Positions 34,431 to 47,762 of a stretch of DNA of 64,000 nt are shown one piece after another. A program made the translations under genes and the position numbers. This stretch comes from Hamiltosporidium tvaerminnensis FI-OER-3-3 (Eukaryota > Fungi > Microsporidia). Under the pieces are notes generated by a model. That model did no database searches. It was not told the DNA's origin and saw only the letters and a list, made by a program, of their open reading frames with translations. The stretch is from NCBI GenBank assembly GCA_022605425.2, contig CM061247.1, positions 1,364,001-1,428,000 of the forward strand, given 5' to 3'. Every line of letters begins with the position of its first letter. Positions within the stretch are counted from its first letter, which is position 1.

Positions 34431-36517
34431 TGTTGCAGTCCATAATGCACCCTCATGTCCTTAGTGCCCGTTATTGCTAATACATACCCCTTTATTTTCA
34501 ATTGATTAATAACCTCCTTTATTTAATATTCTTTCATCTTTAACTCCCCAAACTAAAATAAAAAGTATTTTTTTTCATAATAATAATAGAAGTAAAGTTC
34601 AAACAAATGTTTATATACATATAATTTTACTTCTCTCTCCAAAAATATTAATCGTTATAATTTTCAACATAAAACCATTTCCTTTTATGTTAACATTTAT
34701 TCTTTTACAAAATAACACATATTGAAAAAATAGAAAAAACAAAGTAAAATTAAATCCGCTTTATTACGCTTATGTAGGCACTATTTTTGCACATTTTCGT
34801 TTTCTAATTCTACCATATTATTAATAAAACTATTTGTTATTGTACAGACAGATGCATTTAAAAAAGAATCAAACGAAACGCTTTTAGTCTTTGTATTCAT
34901 GTCAAAATCCTCTTTTTATCAAAAACCTATTATCTTCAAGAAAATTTCTCATATGTATATTTGAACAATTCTTTTCTATGATTCTATCTTTATATTTTTC
35001 AAAATGTTTACATATTTCTGTATCAGTTTCAAGATTCTTATATATTTCAGAAGCCGTGGTTGTTTAAGATCAAGCAAGATACCTAGACTCATTTACTTAA
35101 TTATACATTTCAGACGCAGTCTCTTAATTCCACTGTGTATATCCTGGATCGTATTTTCTTGCTGTGAATACTTCAGAAATAATTTCATCGATAAATAATA
35201 AATCGTCGTTTATTGCTTCATAACTATACTACCAGAAAGAAGATTATAACTACAAGTTGACTATTAAAAGGTTGAAATGATGATTTATTTGTGACACTAT
35301 GTATTTTTCTATTATAAGCCCATATAAATTTTTTTTTGCTAACATCTTTTAATTGTTTGGTTTACTCGTTCAACTTGTCATTGGGTTTTTGTATTTTTTG
35401 TCTCTCATCTATGATTTGAATCTTGAGACCAGTTAAGTATGTTTCCAGCAATTCATTTTTATATTCTTTGCTATTATCAGATTAAATCGCTACAGGAATA
35501 CTAAAATTATCAAATATAAATTTTGATGAATCTTTTACAGACTGCGAAGTCTCATCGACTATCGTAAAACCCTTAAAGATGTTTTGTATAAATGTCGATT
35601 ACGTTTAATCTCCAGTATTACTCCACATTTTAATCAGCATATCTTCTAAGATCTACACGATCGATCATAAATAAATCATTTTTTTGTAATATTTTTTATA
35701 CAAATTGGCTGAAGTTTTTATAAAGAATTGAATCTACCGCATGCTTTACATGCTCTTACAAATTTAATTATGCATGTCTTGGAAATTCCATAATATTTTT
35801 GCCCAATTAATGATATCATTTTATTAATTCCAAAATTTTTTACAGAATGGTTTGACTTCATATATGCTTAATTTGCATCTTTTCCAATTCAAAAACAACC
35901 TTCAGTATTCATTCGCGCCTTTTAAGTAAAGATCGTGTCCAAGTATTTTGAATTGATTTGACTTTCTTCTCAAAAGTCTTTTGTCTTATTTGGTGTATTT
36001 AGCAAGATACTGCCTGGTCTGCAAAAAAGTCACTGGAATATCCTTTTCTTCCTTGTTTTGGTCAATTACTATAGTTGGTATTTTGCCATGATTATTTTTT
36101 GTTATTTGTAAAATAAAAATTAAAAAAATAAGAAATGAGTAATAATGTTATCCTTAAATTTTTTTTCATGTTTAGTGTCATTTTTTCGCAAATTTGTTTC
36201 CTTATAACATTTTATTGCACTTTAAAACATTAATTCAATCTAAATATCAAACAATAGCAAGCCGAAAACTTTGCATTGAGATTATTTTAAAGCATATTTC
36301 CTGTCAATCGTTTAGTTTCGAAGTCTATAATGCGATCAAATAGAAATATCATAGGAGTAATATAAGCTGTAATAAACATGAAATAACCAGGAAATTATAA
36401 GAAAGGAAAATAATACAAACAAGATTATCTATTATAAACAAAGGTGTTATCAATATATAAAAGACTATTAGAAATAACCGGGCACTATAAATATGGGAAG
36501 CACTAAAGACCGTGACA
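34431..36517 (-). mobile_element. Ginger2/TDD-like integrase DNA transposon, old degenerate copy
   Basis: Degenerate TGT...ACA TIRs (tgttgcagtcc...tagtgcccgttatt / taaccgggcacta...ccgtgaca); ATAAA duplication at 34426-34430 and 36518-36522; minus-strand MIDRVDLRRY and MAKIPT..KEEKDI..FLQTRQY homologous to 57724-59956. Confidence 0.7.
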
Positions 36518-36768
36518 ATAAATTTGGATTATTTAGATCATTAAAAATTATATGACGCTATTTTAAAATATTAAATTTTTGTTTTTGAACACCAATATCT
36601 TTATTACCGAGTTCTTCTGGTCAAAATGAATTGAATATTGGTTTAGCAGAAGAAGTTTCAAGTCAAAGTTTAACGTTTTTCTGCACTTAAAGCCATGTTA
36701 TAGATTTGATTTAAAAAAGAAAACCACTAAAAAGAAATTCTGCAGTTGGCATACCCCTTTTAAGAGAA

Positions 36769-37521
36769 ATGATGTCGATTTTAATCTATTTAATAGTAGA
36801 AAAATATTTGTGTTCAACAAGTAATAAATCTGTATTGGGAATAGACAATATTTCGGAAAAAAACCGTTGTATAGAACTTTTGATAGAAAAATTTAAATGT
36901 GAGATAAAGAATTCTTTTCAAATTAGCGAGAACGATTCACTGTCCAAAATCGCGTATACATTCACAAATTTTATATCTATGAAGATACTTAAAGAACAAA
37001 GATTCCAAAAAATTGCACATACTATTAAAATTTTACATTTAAAGAATAAAAGTTTTGTTGAAAAAAGTGATGATTTTTTCATTCCGAATTATAACACTGA
37101 TGATATTAAGATTACCAAGACTGTTGTCATGAAATATAACAAAGCTTTGATATTTTTTGTGTGTATTTCATTGAGAAAAAGCTACTTTGAATCTATAAAA
37201 AATATTTACAATAACTTTCTAGAATCTATTAAAGAAAATGCTCACTTATATAGTGATTTGATTTTTCAAAATATTCCAAATGTAGAACACATAATTGAAG
37301 CAATCGATAAAATGGAATCAATATATAAGTCTTCTCTTGGTACTATATGTTCAACGATGAGTAGTATATTAAACGGTAAGATTGAAAAACAACAAATACA
37401 AGAATTAAATGATATAATTCTAAAATTAGATGGAGAAAAACAAATTTACTTAAAAAATAAGCAAATTTTTAGCAATCTTTGGCGCGTGTTCAATGAAAAA
37501 AATCGAAGTAATTTCTTTTAA
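36769..37521 (+). CDS. Hypothetical secreted protein (250 aa), paralog of 20289-21041
   Basis: Signal-peptide-like N-terminus; CCCC upstream; shared DSL..AY, LRK.Y, YN.F.ESIKEN, SIL.G.I, W..F.EKN. Confidence 0.85.
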   Translation: MMSILIYLIVEKYLCSTSNKSVLGIDNISEKNRCIELLIEKFKCEIKNSFQISENDSLSKIAYTFTNFISMKILKEQRFQKIAHTIKILHLKNKSFVEKSDDFFIPNYNTDDIKITKTVVMKYNKALIFFVCISLRKSYFESIKNIYNNFLESIKENAHLYSDLIFQNIPNVEHIIEAIDKMESIYKSSLGTICSTMSSILNGKIEKQQIQELNDIILKLDGEKQIYLKNKQIFSNLWRVFNEKNRSNFF

Positions 37522-38049
37522 GCAGTTACAATTTGAACACTGAGAAATTCTTCAAAATATCTTTACCTTCCCTTAAAACTAGATGAAATAAATAAAATGA
37601 ATATTTTTTATACCGACTATTTTATAAACGATTGCATTTTCTTACATTAAAAAATATTTTAGGTGAAGAAATATAAGCTAAGAACTATGAATATCAATTT
37701 TTTTTTAATAAATCCATTTTAAGTAAATAGGAGAATATTCGGAATTGATTTATCCAATAAGGATAATGAGATAATGATTCCATTTTTTATAGATAATTTT
37801 AGAATACCAACAAAACCTTTTTATAAAGTCTAAAAATATTTTTTTTGTCTTGTGAATAATAAAATTAATTGTGATCCTTTTAAATTGGTATATAATTAAT
37901 GAATAAGTAATAAAAATTGAACCATTTTTACAACCAAATTTTAAAAAAAATAGAAAATAAATTCAAGTAAATTAATATTTTTCTGCAAATTTTCTTATTC
38001 TGAAGGCTCCGATATTTTTTTGTTTATATTCATGTTTTGGAGGAAAAAA

Positions 38050-39300
38050 GTATTATTTTTAAACAGGTAATTTTTTTTAAAAAAGAAAATGGATTGTGAC
38101 AAATATGGAATTAGAAGATTTGAAAAACTGTAAAATTTCAGGAAATTTACTATCCAAATATATATCGCAAACAAAAAAGATGGTTTTAAAGCGACCCAGC
38201 GAAATATAGATCGAAAATGTTAAATTATATACTACGGATGTTAGCGATATCATTAAAGAATTTATAGCAAATGATAATAAAAAAGCTTAAGCCAAGGTAT
38301 TTAGTTCTATATATTTCCCTGTTTGTATTGGTATAAACGCAATATACCAAGAAATCATAAAAAACTGCAGCTTTAAGTGAGAGAGAGCAGAACCAATGTT
38401 TAAATGAACCAAGAACTGCCAGAAATACCAGTCTTTTAGCAAAATAATACACTTTAGACGATAAGTGCAAATTATTCATCTGAATTCTTTTAGATAGATC
38501 TTGTTGATATCCAGAATTACTCGACAGAAAAGACGATTATGAATGAATCTTCTATATTATTTATATACATACCAAGTTTCTCTTTGGGGTACAATTACAA
38601 AAAAAATCAGCACAGGTGTTGCGAATGCGGGTTAAAATTATATTTTCTTAGAAGATGCGCCAAGCATTCCACAAATAGATAATTGAAAGGGGTTTGTAAA
38701 GGAACGATAAAAAAAATCTGAGTTGATCACAGGTTTTCTTTTATTACTAGCAGAGTGAGGTCCCCATGAAATTAAGGACAAGTTGAGAAATGCACACGAC
38801 AAATATATAAAACTTACTATGAATTTAAAAACATCTAGCCAAAAAATATAGATTGCTTTAAAAAGAAAATCGTACTTATATAGAATCAAACCTAAGAAGA
38901 GCAATAAAAATTGCTCATTAGTGGCTTTAAGAAGTCTTATAGAGAAAAACTGTTAATTACTAAGAAAATGTAATTGATTAACAATATTCTTCAAGCTCTG
39001 ATTAGTGGAATATAATATCTCAAAAATACGGATTCAAAAAATCGATATTTAATTTCATAAAAATTAAATATATATTGAGAAAAAAGTATCAATAAAATCG
39101 ATATTTTTCAAAAGAGTCCCTTAAAAATCGAGAAAAATATGAAGCTCGTATAAATATGATACGAATATATATTTTTTTACTTTAAAATTAAATCCTGATT
39201 ATGTGATGCTTGCTAACAAACAGAGATTTCGATAACAATCAACGGAGCAAAAAAAGCAAATGATTGGCTTCTATGAGAAAAGACTTTGGAATTTTTGCTA
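38050..39300 (+). pseudogene. Possible decayed hAT transposase remnant
   Basis: LEDAPSI...KGFVK (cf. TDGAPsM.G...GF) at ~38650-38700; otherwise heavily disrupted. Confidence 0.25.
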
Positions 39301-39809
39301 GAAGGGGTAATGATGGCTTTTTAATAAAATGTGACAGAAATCAGAAAATTGATTGAAAAAATGTAGTAAAAAGTATCAGTATGGTTAATTATCTCATATT
39401 AACAACAACGTGAGTGATTTAAACTTCATTTCTGAAAATATACTGTTTATACCTGTAGGGTAATATTTTTCATTTTAACTTATTAATGACTGTTTTTTTT
39501 GTTTTTCTAATTAATTCTATTTTTCCAAATAAGAAAAATATATGTAGAAAAAAAATGCGCAAAGAAGAATTAGAGTAAAATAAGGAATCTGGCGTTTTTA
39601 AATTGATAAAGCTCAGTTAATTTGATTATTCTGTTCAATATTCAAATTGACCATAACAGATATAATGAATTGTTTTTAGAGTTATTTTTTTATGTTTGTG
39701 GAATGGGCAATGGTTTTGAAATGAGTTCTAGTATTTATTTAATTCAGGGGGTAAACCCTTTTTACACTTTTATAAATTCCCTTCTGCCTCTTGTACACAA
39801 TCTTATCTT

Positions 39810-42800
39810 ATTCTAAATCTGAATCTTTATGTTTAATGTTTGTTCCTCTTCTGAAATAAAAGAAATAATGTCTTTTCTTTTAAAATGTTTAACACCGACT
39901 TAAAAATATTTGCTTGTTTTAAAGCGAGTGTTGGTTCTTCATGCATCTCTGCTCTGATAATAACACTTAATGACGCTCTCTACTAGCTTTCATTGGCATT
40001 TGATCCTGACTCAAGTCCTCTTCGTCGGTAAAATGAAATTGTTTTGACTTTCTTTTTAAATAAAGGATTATATCTATGCCTATTCGTTCCTGGGAATTTT
40101 AAATCTTTTGGGCGACCTCTTATAGTATTTTGTCACAATAACGTCCAAGGTCATCACATAAAGGATTATCTATCCACTATACATATAAATAAGACCCGGT
40201 TATTTTGCTAATAGGCCATACATTCTAAGTTTTTGCGTTTTCAACTATTTAAAATAAATATTAAAAAGCGCTTTCTATTTCAATGAGTGTTATCTTATTT
40301 TTTCTCCTACAAAAATACATATGTCGGGTTTTTTATTCCGAATCTTGGCTTCAACTTTTATTCTAGTTTCCACTATTATCTCTTGCCCCCCTCACCAGAA
40401 TACATTTATCCTAAATATAGCAGAAAATTAGTTCATCACGGGGCCTAATATTCCCTTTCTTAAGCCATCTTGAAGAGTCACTAACACTCACAAGCTCATT
40501 TTTTCTTGACTTATATAACTTTGAATGGAGTTTTCGTTTTTCTATTTCGTTATATAGTTTTGCAAGTTAAGCTTCTTTTAAACTTTTCTTAGTGACTTCT
40601 TCTCCTGACCTAAATTTTACTTTTAAAAGGCTTTTTATTGGTGCAAAGTGAGTTTTATTATTATTCTCCACCTTGAGGATCGCTGCTCGTCTAGTTGATA
40701 TTTCTTTACTTTTTTCCAGACAATCCAAGAGTTGCAGAAGCATATGTTCGCTTCTCAACTCAACACTATGTAAGCCTCTTCCAATTTCTGTTCTAGGAAA
40801 GTACAAATGCTCTTTACATCCTGGGTGAAGATGTATCTTATTCTTCACCAACACCGCACGCACTGCATCATCTAACTTAGAGAAGTCAGTCGATTCAAGA
40901 CGAAGTACCCCTATATGACAGTTGATCAATGATATCGTATGTTGATTAATTGCACCAAATAATTTTTTTGCGTTTAATCTTGTGTGACAAAGTCTTTCAA
41001 CTCTTGCTATAAGTTTGCTCTGTACTTCATCGAATGAGCTACGTGTTAGACTACTTTTGCTATCTCCTATTAGTCCCAAATATTTGTAAACATCTTCCCC
41101 TTCGTAAAGAGTAGCAGTATCGTCGCAACACGTATCAAGTATGGCTGACTTCTCTTTGTTAATCTCTAAGCCAATCACCTTTATAAATTCCTTTGCCTCA
41201 TCTGTAATAGTACTCAATATCGAGTTGTCTGTCGCGAGGAGCTTAATAAAATCAATGAATAAGAGATGTTTGCTAGTATGAGAATCTGCATCGTTATGCA
41301 TTGTATCTCTTGTGTATTTTTCATATAGCTTTCGGCTTAATGGATCCATACACAACACAAATAATACTGGTGACAAACCATCGCCCGGCAATATTTCTTT
41401 ATCAATCTTCTTGTTCATGATTTTTTCAGGCCCTACTGATATGTCAATTTTCACTTTTTATTTGATTACCATTAAAATTTCGAAATCAAACCGAGTAAAC
41501 TAAGTTTTTCGATACATTAAGTCAAATAAGAATATATAACGAGTCATAAGTTGTTTTAACATCAATCCATGTTGCCTAAAGACCGTTTCCGTACTCTTTA
41601 TTTAAGGCATATTGAGTAGAGCCCGTTCTTTCGCTTCTTGCACACCTCTTACTCCTCTTAATTAATTACCACCAATCAAATCTCGTCTTTACATTTAATT
41701 TGAACGACTTATGCTACTCAGTTTACCGTCAGATTTCACAGGTTGACACAATGGTTATTTACTTTTATGTCAAAACCTCTTGGAAAAATTCCTTTCGGTA
41801 TTGAATACATATGCTCACAGTAAAACCAATCAACTTAAGATGTACATTCCAAACATATAACTTCCACAATATCAATAAGCTATTTGTGAAGTGTTGTAAG
41901 TTTCTTGATGAATAAATTGCAAATACCATCAATTTCAGCGGCTTTCTAATTTGGAAGCCATTTAAGGATATCTATAAATTCTTTAAGCGAAGGAAACATA
42001 GTCGTATAATTATCTGACACGAAAGGTATAAAATAGTCATTATACGTAACTACTTTATTGTTTTTATTCCACATTGTAAAATAAATTCTAAATTTTCGTC
42101 ACGACTAACCACATGCTCAGATTCAACACGCTCGAATAACCCACGATAGAACCGACCCGGAATAACTCAAACATCCAATTCTCTTTTCGGAATTGCTTTC
42201 TACTTTCGTGATCAGTAATTTTTTTCTCGTAGACATCCAAAGACTCATTCTTCTTAACTAAAGCCTCAGAAAGATCAGTTACACTTTTCACGTTTAAATT
42301 TAACTTTCGCATGATTTTCTGAAGGCTTTTTGTTTCGGAAGTAAAGAGCTTTGACTGTTTACGAGTCTTCTCTACAAGATCTTTGCATAGTATTAACTTA
42401 GAAATTTCAATTTCTATGTTTTTCTTCCAAGCGGATCTAGGCTTCTCTTTACGTGTATCCTCTTCATAACATACCTGTGCATCTTGCATGATATACGCGG
42501 CTTCCGTAATTTACTCAGCTACATGGAGTTCGCATACTCCCCTACTACTCGATTTATGAGATTCAGAATTTATCTATCAACTAATTCATTTGGATATTTT
42601 CGAGTTCAAACCACCACTTTTCCAATTTCCTTCTCCGAGATTTCTTTATTTTTACTCAAACATTTATCTCTCGGGTTTATGTACACAGAGGTGTCAATCA
42701 GGGTGCATGTATCAGTGAGACAAGTGGTGATTATGTGTCGCTCTCCATCCTCTTCTGGTTTTACTTCCTTTCCACCTCACTTCTGCTAATTGTTTTAACA

Positions 42801-42895
42801 AGTCGAGGGTTACAGCGCAACCAAATTTTTCATATAGTACCCGATAAGATCTATCCAGCCATTTCTAGGCATTCTTTCAAACCTTGTCTGTATTG
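39810..42895 (-). mobile_element. R4/Dong-like non-LTR retrotransposon, copy 2 (5'-truncated, internal deletion, disrupted)
   Basis: ORF 40567-41454 ILPGDGLSPVLFVLCMDPL, HLLFIDFIKL, YKYLG, GRGL; colinear with the other copies; CCHC-RHN segment deleted near 40390. Confidence 0.9.
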
Positions 42896-44658
42896 TTAAA
42901 AAAATAAATGTGACAGAATTACTTTTGTAGAAAAAGGATATTTCAAATCTGAACGGAATCATATTTTGAAGTCAAATATTTTATATGTATTTGAATTTGC
43001 TATTTCAAGATTATAGCATACGCATAAAAATTCCCTATACAATACTGGAAAAACCTTTTTTTTTCACCAACCATTACAGATATTACTTTATAAATCCAAA
43101 TATTAGTCTGGTTAAAAGCATAAATGTATTTTATAGACTCAAAAGCATATGATTTTTACTTATTAATATTTAAATCATAGTTTTTAAAAAGTTATAAACT
43201 CGAACGACCTGTATATATCATGAAAACAACAAAACCTAATAATGATTTTTAACATATTTCTGAAAATGATCGCGGTGATCAAATTAACTGTCATATTTTT
43301 TTTTGTTCCTTAGAATCATCACACTTATATTTGAAGCAGAATTAAAAAAAAATTTAATGTTTAAGGCACAAAGAAACACAGATATTCAATGTTTTGATTT
43401 AAACCAACAGAAAAATAGTTCAACCGAATATTTTTTTCCTATTCATTATTAATGTCGTATTTCGAGTCTAATATTTCTATTTATTGTACGTGTATGTGAA
43501 TTTTACCACTGCAGAATGCTAAAATTCATTAAATATACACAACTTCGAGATATATTATCTGCCGAAAAAATTATAATATAGTTTTTTTTAGTAAAAATCT
43601 GTTGTCTCAGATTAAAAATAAGAGTATTCAGTATAATAGCATGTTTATAAATTTGAAACAATAAAATATATAACTCTCTATAAAATTGAAAATTCCTTAA
43701 ACATAGGGATTTTATAGGTATCTTATTAACTCTTTTATTTTTGATGATTCGCTATTTTCCTAATTTATACCGAAAAATATAACTTTTCACTTCTAATTAT
43801 AATTTTATTATATAAAAATGTGGCAAATAAATTCGATTTTTATTATCTTTTATGGCAAAATTGTAGCTTTTTACTGCGCTTTATCTATTAAAAGAAGAAA
43901 GTTTGAGAAGAAAGGAGAAGAGATACATTAACATTAAGGAAATACATAATTGTTTAGTAAAATCTGCCAAAAATGAGAATATAGAATATAAAAGCCCCGG
44001 GAAAAGGTTATCAAAACCTTTTAGTATCTAAATCTAATATTTTGATGTAAATCTAAATAGTAGCATATTTTTTCAGTTTATGATCAATGATATTCAGAAT
44101 TAATAAAACATTAGATATATTTCTTTGATTTCTTTAGTAAAATTAAATAGGAAACTAATATGATTTAAAGCCTCGAAATATTGAATATCTGCCTATCGTG
44201 ACACTTGCCTTTGATTAATTGAACTGATAATTTAACAAAATTTCCGTTTTTTAAAAAAAATGAAGAAGTCAATCTTTGGAAATCAAATCCGGGTCTCAGA
44301 AATATATTCCAAGTCTTGTATGCTATATTATAATATTAATATGCCCCAGAAGTGTCTACCTACCGCCTTAAAGCTTTCTTCCCGCTTTACACGTATATTG
44401 AGTAAGCAAATAAGTAACGTATCATATAAGCATCTCAAATATTCAACTGATCCGTAAAACTCTATTTTATACTTATTTTCAAAATATTTAAAAACATAAA
44501 AAAAAGAACAAAACTTTTTTAAATCAAAAATTCAAGGTTTTTTCAAAAAAAAATATAAAAATTGAATAAAAAAAACTGCATTCGAATATTTTTTTATAAA
44601 TTTTAAAAAGCAATCATAAGAATTAATTTTGCAAAATTACTTGCTATTTTCATATTCC

Positions 44659-46041
44659 TTATAATGTTAAAGAATGTACAAACATATCATACGACCTTTT
44701 TACCAAAGAACTCCTATAATAACTTCTCCAGAACCTTCTATTGGCTGCTCTACTATATGAATTATTTATAAGAGTAATAACTTTTGAACAAAAATGATCA
44801 AAAATTCTTTTTGAAAGAAAAAGAAAAGAACACATCAATGTTTTAAGATTTTCGTAAATATCTTCATCATCTAATTCACAATCTTTAATTTCCTTTTCCA
44901 CTGGTTTTTCTGCAAATTCAACCAAAGATTTATCAGACGCGAAATATCCTTTGATTTTTAAAGAATTCAAATACGATTCTGGATTTAAATCATTTAAAAG
45001 ACCTCTTTTTTTAAGATTTTCTATTGCAGCTTTTTCATTAAAAGGTATTTTTTTATGACTTAAATAAACATAAAGAAATCCACATATTTCAAATTCTGGA
45101 ATAAAAACGATATATCTGTGATCTAACATGGAATAAAATTTATGATATTGAATGTTTAAATCCTCAGTCACTTCGATTCCAAATATACGCGAAATTTCAT
45201 TGAAATATGTATTCTGCATTTCAAAATCTCTTCTAATTCCCTTTCTAAATATTTCTCGATGCCGCAAATCCGAATCCAACTTACGTTTGGGAATCGATAA
45301 AATTTTTAGTTTTTCGTTTAATGGAATTTTATTTTTTCTTCTTTTATTCCTTCGAATTATACTTTTAATGATTTTATTTCTTTTTTTTATCCGTTCGATT
45401 TCTTCTTTTGGTTTCAACAGAAATTTGTCAACTTTATGGTCATACATATATTTATAGGGATATCTCGCATTACCTAAATATTTTACAAAAATATGACAAT
45501 TCTTAGCACTTCTTACATCTCTTCCGGTAATAAGAACATAAGTATCATCCTTAAGACTAATACGATATTCTTTTTCTATCTGTTCTAAAAATATTTGAAA
45601 AGGAATTTTATCAATAAATTTACGAAAAGACGAATAAAAAAAAGTTTTTCCTTTTTTTTCTTCATGAACACGTTTAGAATAATAAAGAACATCAACTAGA
45701 TATGAAAATCGAAAAGTAAGCGTACATTTACGTGACATGGCAGGATCAAAATTACACATTTTCAAATATATTTTTAAATACGTGTCACTTTCAAATTGAA
45801 GACATTTTTTTAATTCTTTATATGAAATTATAAAAGCAAGAAGTTTTTTATAAATGGGGGGTTTTCCTTCTAAAACGTAGTCATTGGTTTCTTTGATATG
45901 TTTAGAAGAAAATGCATTTCTTGAAATTGCAAGCACTTCTTCGTTTACTTCTTGTGTGAGTGCTTGTGTGTGTCCTGACTGACACACGTATACACCATCG
46001 TAGCATACAAATTCTGTGTTACAAATTTCGCAAACGTGCAT
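44659..46041 (-). CDS. Rrn7/TAF1B-like RNA polymerase I initiation factor (N-terminal zinc ribbon)
   Basis: MHVCEIC...DGVYVCQSGH matches the Rrn7/TAF1B zinc ribbon (C..C....DG.yyC..GH). Start moved to 46041, which follows CCCC, instead of 46134. Confidence 0.7.
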   Translation of the reverse strand: MHVCEICNTEFVCYDGVYVCQSGHTQALTQEVNEEVLAISRNAFSSKHIKETNDYVLEGKPPIYKKLLAFIISYKELKKCLQFESDTYLKIYLKMCNFDPAMSRKCTLTFRFSYLVDVLYYSKRVHEEKKGKTFFYSSFRKFIDKIPFQIFLEQIEKEYRISLKDDTYVLITGRDVRSAKNCHIFVKYLGNARYPYKYMYDHKVDKFLLKPKEEIERIKKRNKIIKSIIRRNKRRKNKIPLNEKLKILSIPKRKLDSDLRHREIFRKGIRRDFEMQNTYFNEISRIFGIEVTEDLNIQYHKFYSMLDHRYIVFIPEFEICGFLYVYLSHKKIPFNEKAAIENLKKRGLLNDLNPESYLNSLKIKGYFASDKSLVEFAEKPVEKEIKDCELDDEDIYENLKTLMCSFLFLSKRIFDHFCSKVITLINNSYSRAANRRFWRSYYRSSLVKRSYDMFVHSLTL

Positions 46042-46210
46042 TAGAGGGGTGTTTCTTTTTAAATTTTTAAAAATATTTTTTATTAAATTTACCGTAGAAT
46101 ATAAAGATTGTTCTTTAGATTTACCGTTGAACATAAAGCATTTTTATCAAATTTTACCGATGAATATAAAGATTGTTTTTTAATAAATTTGGTTTTATTT
46201 ATACTTAGTA

Positions 46211-46941
46211 CTTTATTTAAAAGTATCACATCTTTTTTAAAACAGTGGCAAGTGTTATATTTGTTTTCATGACATTAACGCAGTTCTAGGTTTAACATAA
46301 ATAACTGCTACCCCAACACTCCATCGGTAACCCCTGCGATACCTACGGCCCAAAGCCTTTCATCTACCAGGTGTGTAGAACCTAATTTAATAGGCGAGGC
46401 AGTTGCCCGGAGTTCGTTAATGTCCGTTGCATGGAGTGTGATCGAAGGCCGAAGCCCCCCCTGGGCTCCCCCAAGACTATGCAGCATTCCCACTTACTCT
46501 ACACTTTCTGAACCCAATAAACTTCTAGCTAAGATATATTTCAGAGATTTACATGGGGTCCACCTAGACAGTGCAATGTCATACCAACAGGTATAACCTG
46601 CTACTTAGCTTTCCTGGCTTTATATGGTTTTTTGTTTTGTATCTCCCAGGCGCTAAGTCTTCTAACCCGAGTGAGCAAGGCTAGGTTTCCATGCTTTTAC
46701 ATGGCAATTACCTACATGTTCAGCTGCGGTCTGCAATCTGGTTACATAAAAAACTACAAATAAATTTGTAGAAAAAGTTTCTCCATCTCTTAGACCTCCC
46801 CTCCTCATAACAACTCCCATGGAACAACCAAAGATGTAGTGTGGTTTTATTCCCACCAAAAATCCAAACAATGATCTCACACCAGTTTCACACACTCATT
46901 GCCAAGTAGAAAGTTTTTTATGTGGTTATCCTCCCTCCACT
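46211..46941 (-). mobile_element. Unclassified ~730-bp non-coding structured element, copy B
   Basis: Reverse complement of copy A with scattered substitutions; exact 13-bp direct repeat TTTATACTTAGTA (46198-46210, 46942-46954). The TSD is 9-13 bp depending on where the element ends are placed. Confidence 0.85.
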
Positions 46942-47519
46942 TTTATACTTAGTAAATCATAATTTTAAAATAATATTTTTTTTGCAACGTTTTTAGTTTT
47001 GGAAAATAAAAGATAAATTTTATTTTTAATTTATCAAATAAATAAATCTAAAAAATATTTTTTTTAAAAAACAATTTGTTATTTTTAATTTGAATTGTAT
47101 GGTTCTTTTTAATAAAAAGGTATATGATGTTGAATTTTAAAACATTTTTAGTAAAAAAAATAGAAATTTTAAATTATTTAAATTTTTTTTGGTATTTAAC
47201 TAATCCAACAATTATTTTAAAATTTCATAAATTTAAAATTAACTAACTATAAATAAAATATAACTATTAAATAATCTTATTAAAGATATTTTAAACTAAA
47301 TTTTTTTGTAGTATTTGGAATTAATATTAAAAAGTCTATTGATTTTGATCAAATAGGGGAAAAGGAAGTATCTTAATGAATAAAAAATTTTTAATATGAC
47401 GAACTTAAAATATGAAATAGTTTAAATAAATTTTTAAATAAAAACAAGAATATTATTTTAAATAAAAAAAATAAATTATCAGATAATATTCAAGTAAATT
47501 ATAAATAAAATGAGAATCA

Positions 47520-47750
47520 AAGTAAAATAATCTTTTATAATAGAAAAATTTTTAGATAGAATATCGTTTATAATAGAAAAAGTTAATAACAAAGAATATC
47601 GTTTATAATAGAAAAGGTTAAAAATGATAATATCATTTACAATAGAAAAAGTTAAAAACAATTATATAGTTTATAATAAAATATATAAAAACAATAATAA
47701 GTTTATAATAGAGATTTTAAAAAACAAGAATAAGCTTATAATAAAAATAT
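47520..47750. repeat. AT-rich ~33-35-bp degenerate tandem repeat downstream of CDC45
   Basis: tttataatagaaaa...aatatc units repeated about 7 times. Confidence 0.7.
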
Positions 47751-47762
47751 TTAACCAACAAT

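Noticed and set aside
46042-46134. Upstream ATG of the Rrn7-like ORF
   Set aside because: The extension overlaps a local direct repeat; the CCC motif and zinc ribbon support the start at 46041.
46211-46941. 730-bp element as RNase P/MRP RNA (tempting because POP4 and POP1 are nearby; AGTGCAAT and AACCCAAT motifs)
   Set aside because: CR-like motifs are in the wrong order with no CR-I, and the element is too long, multicopy and TSD-flanked.
46240-46947. Twister ribozyme halves (ATAAAAGTGGAGGG at one end, TAACACTTGCC at the other)
   Set aside because: The central GGUCCCAAGCC-like core and P1 pairing are missing, and part of the match lies in the TSD.
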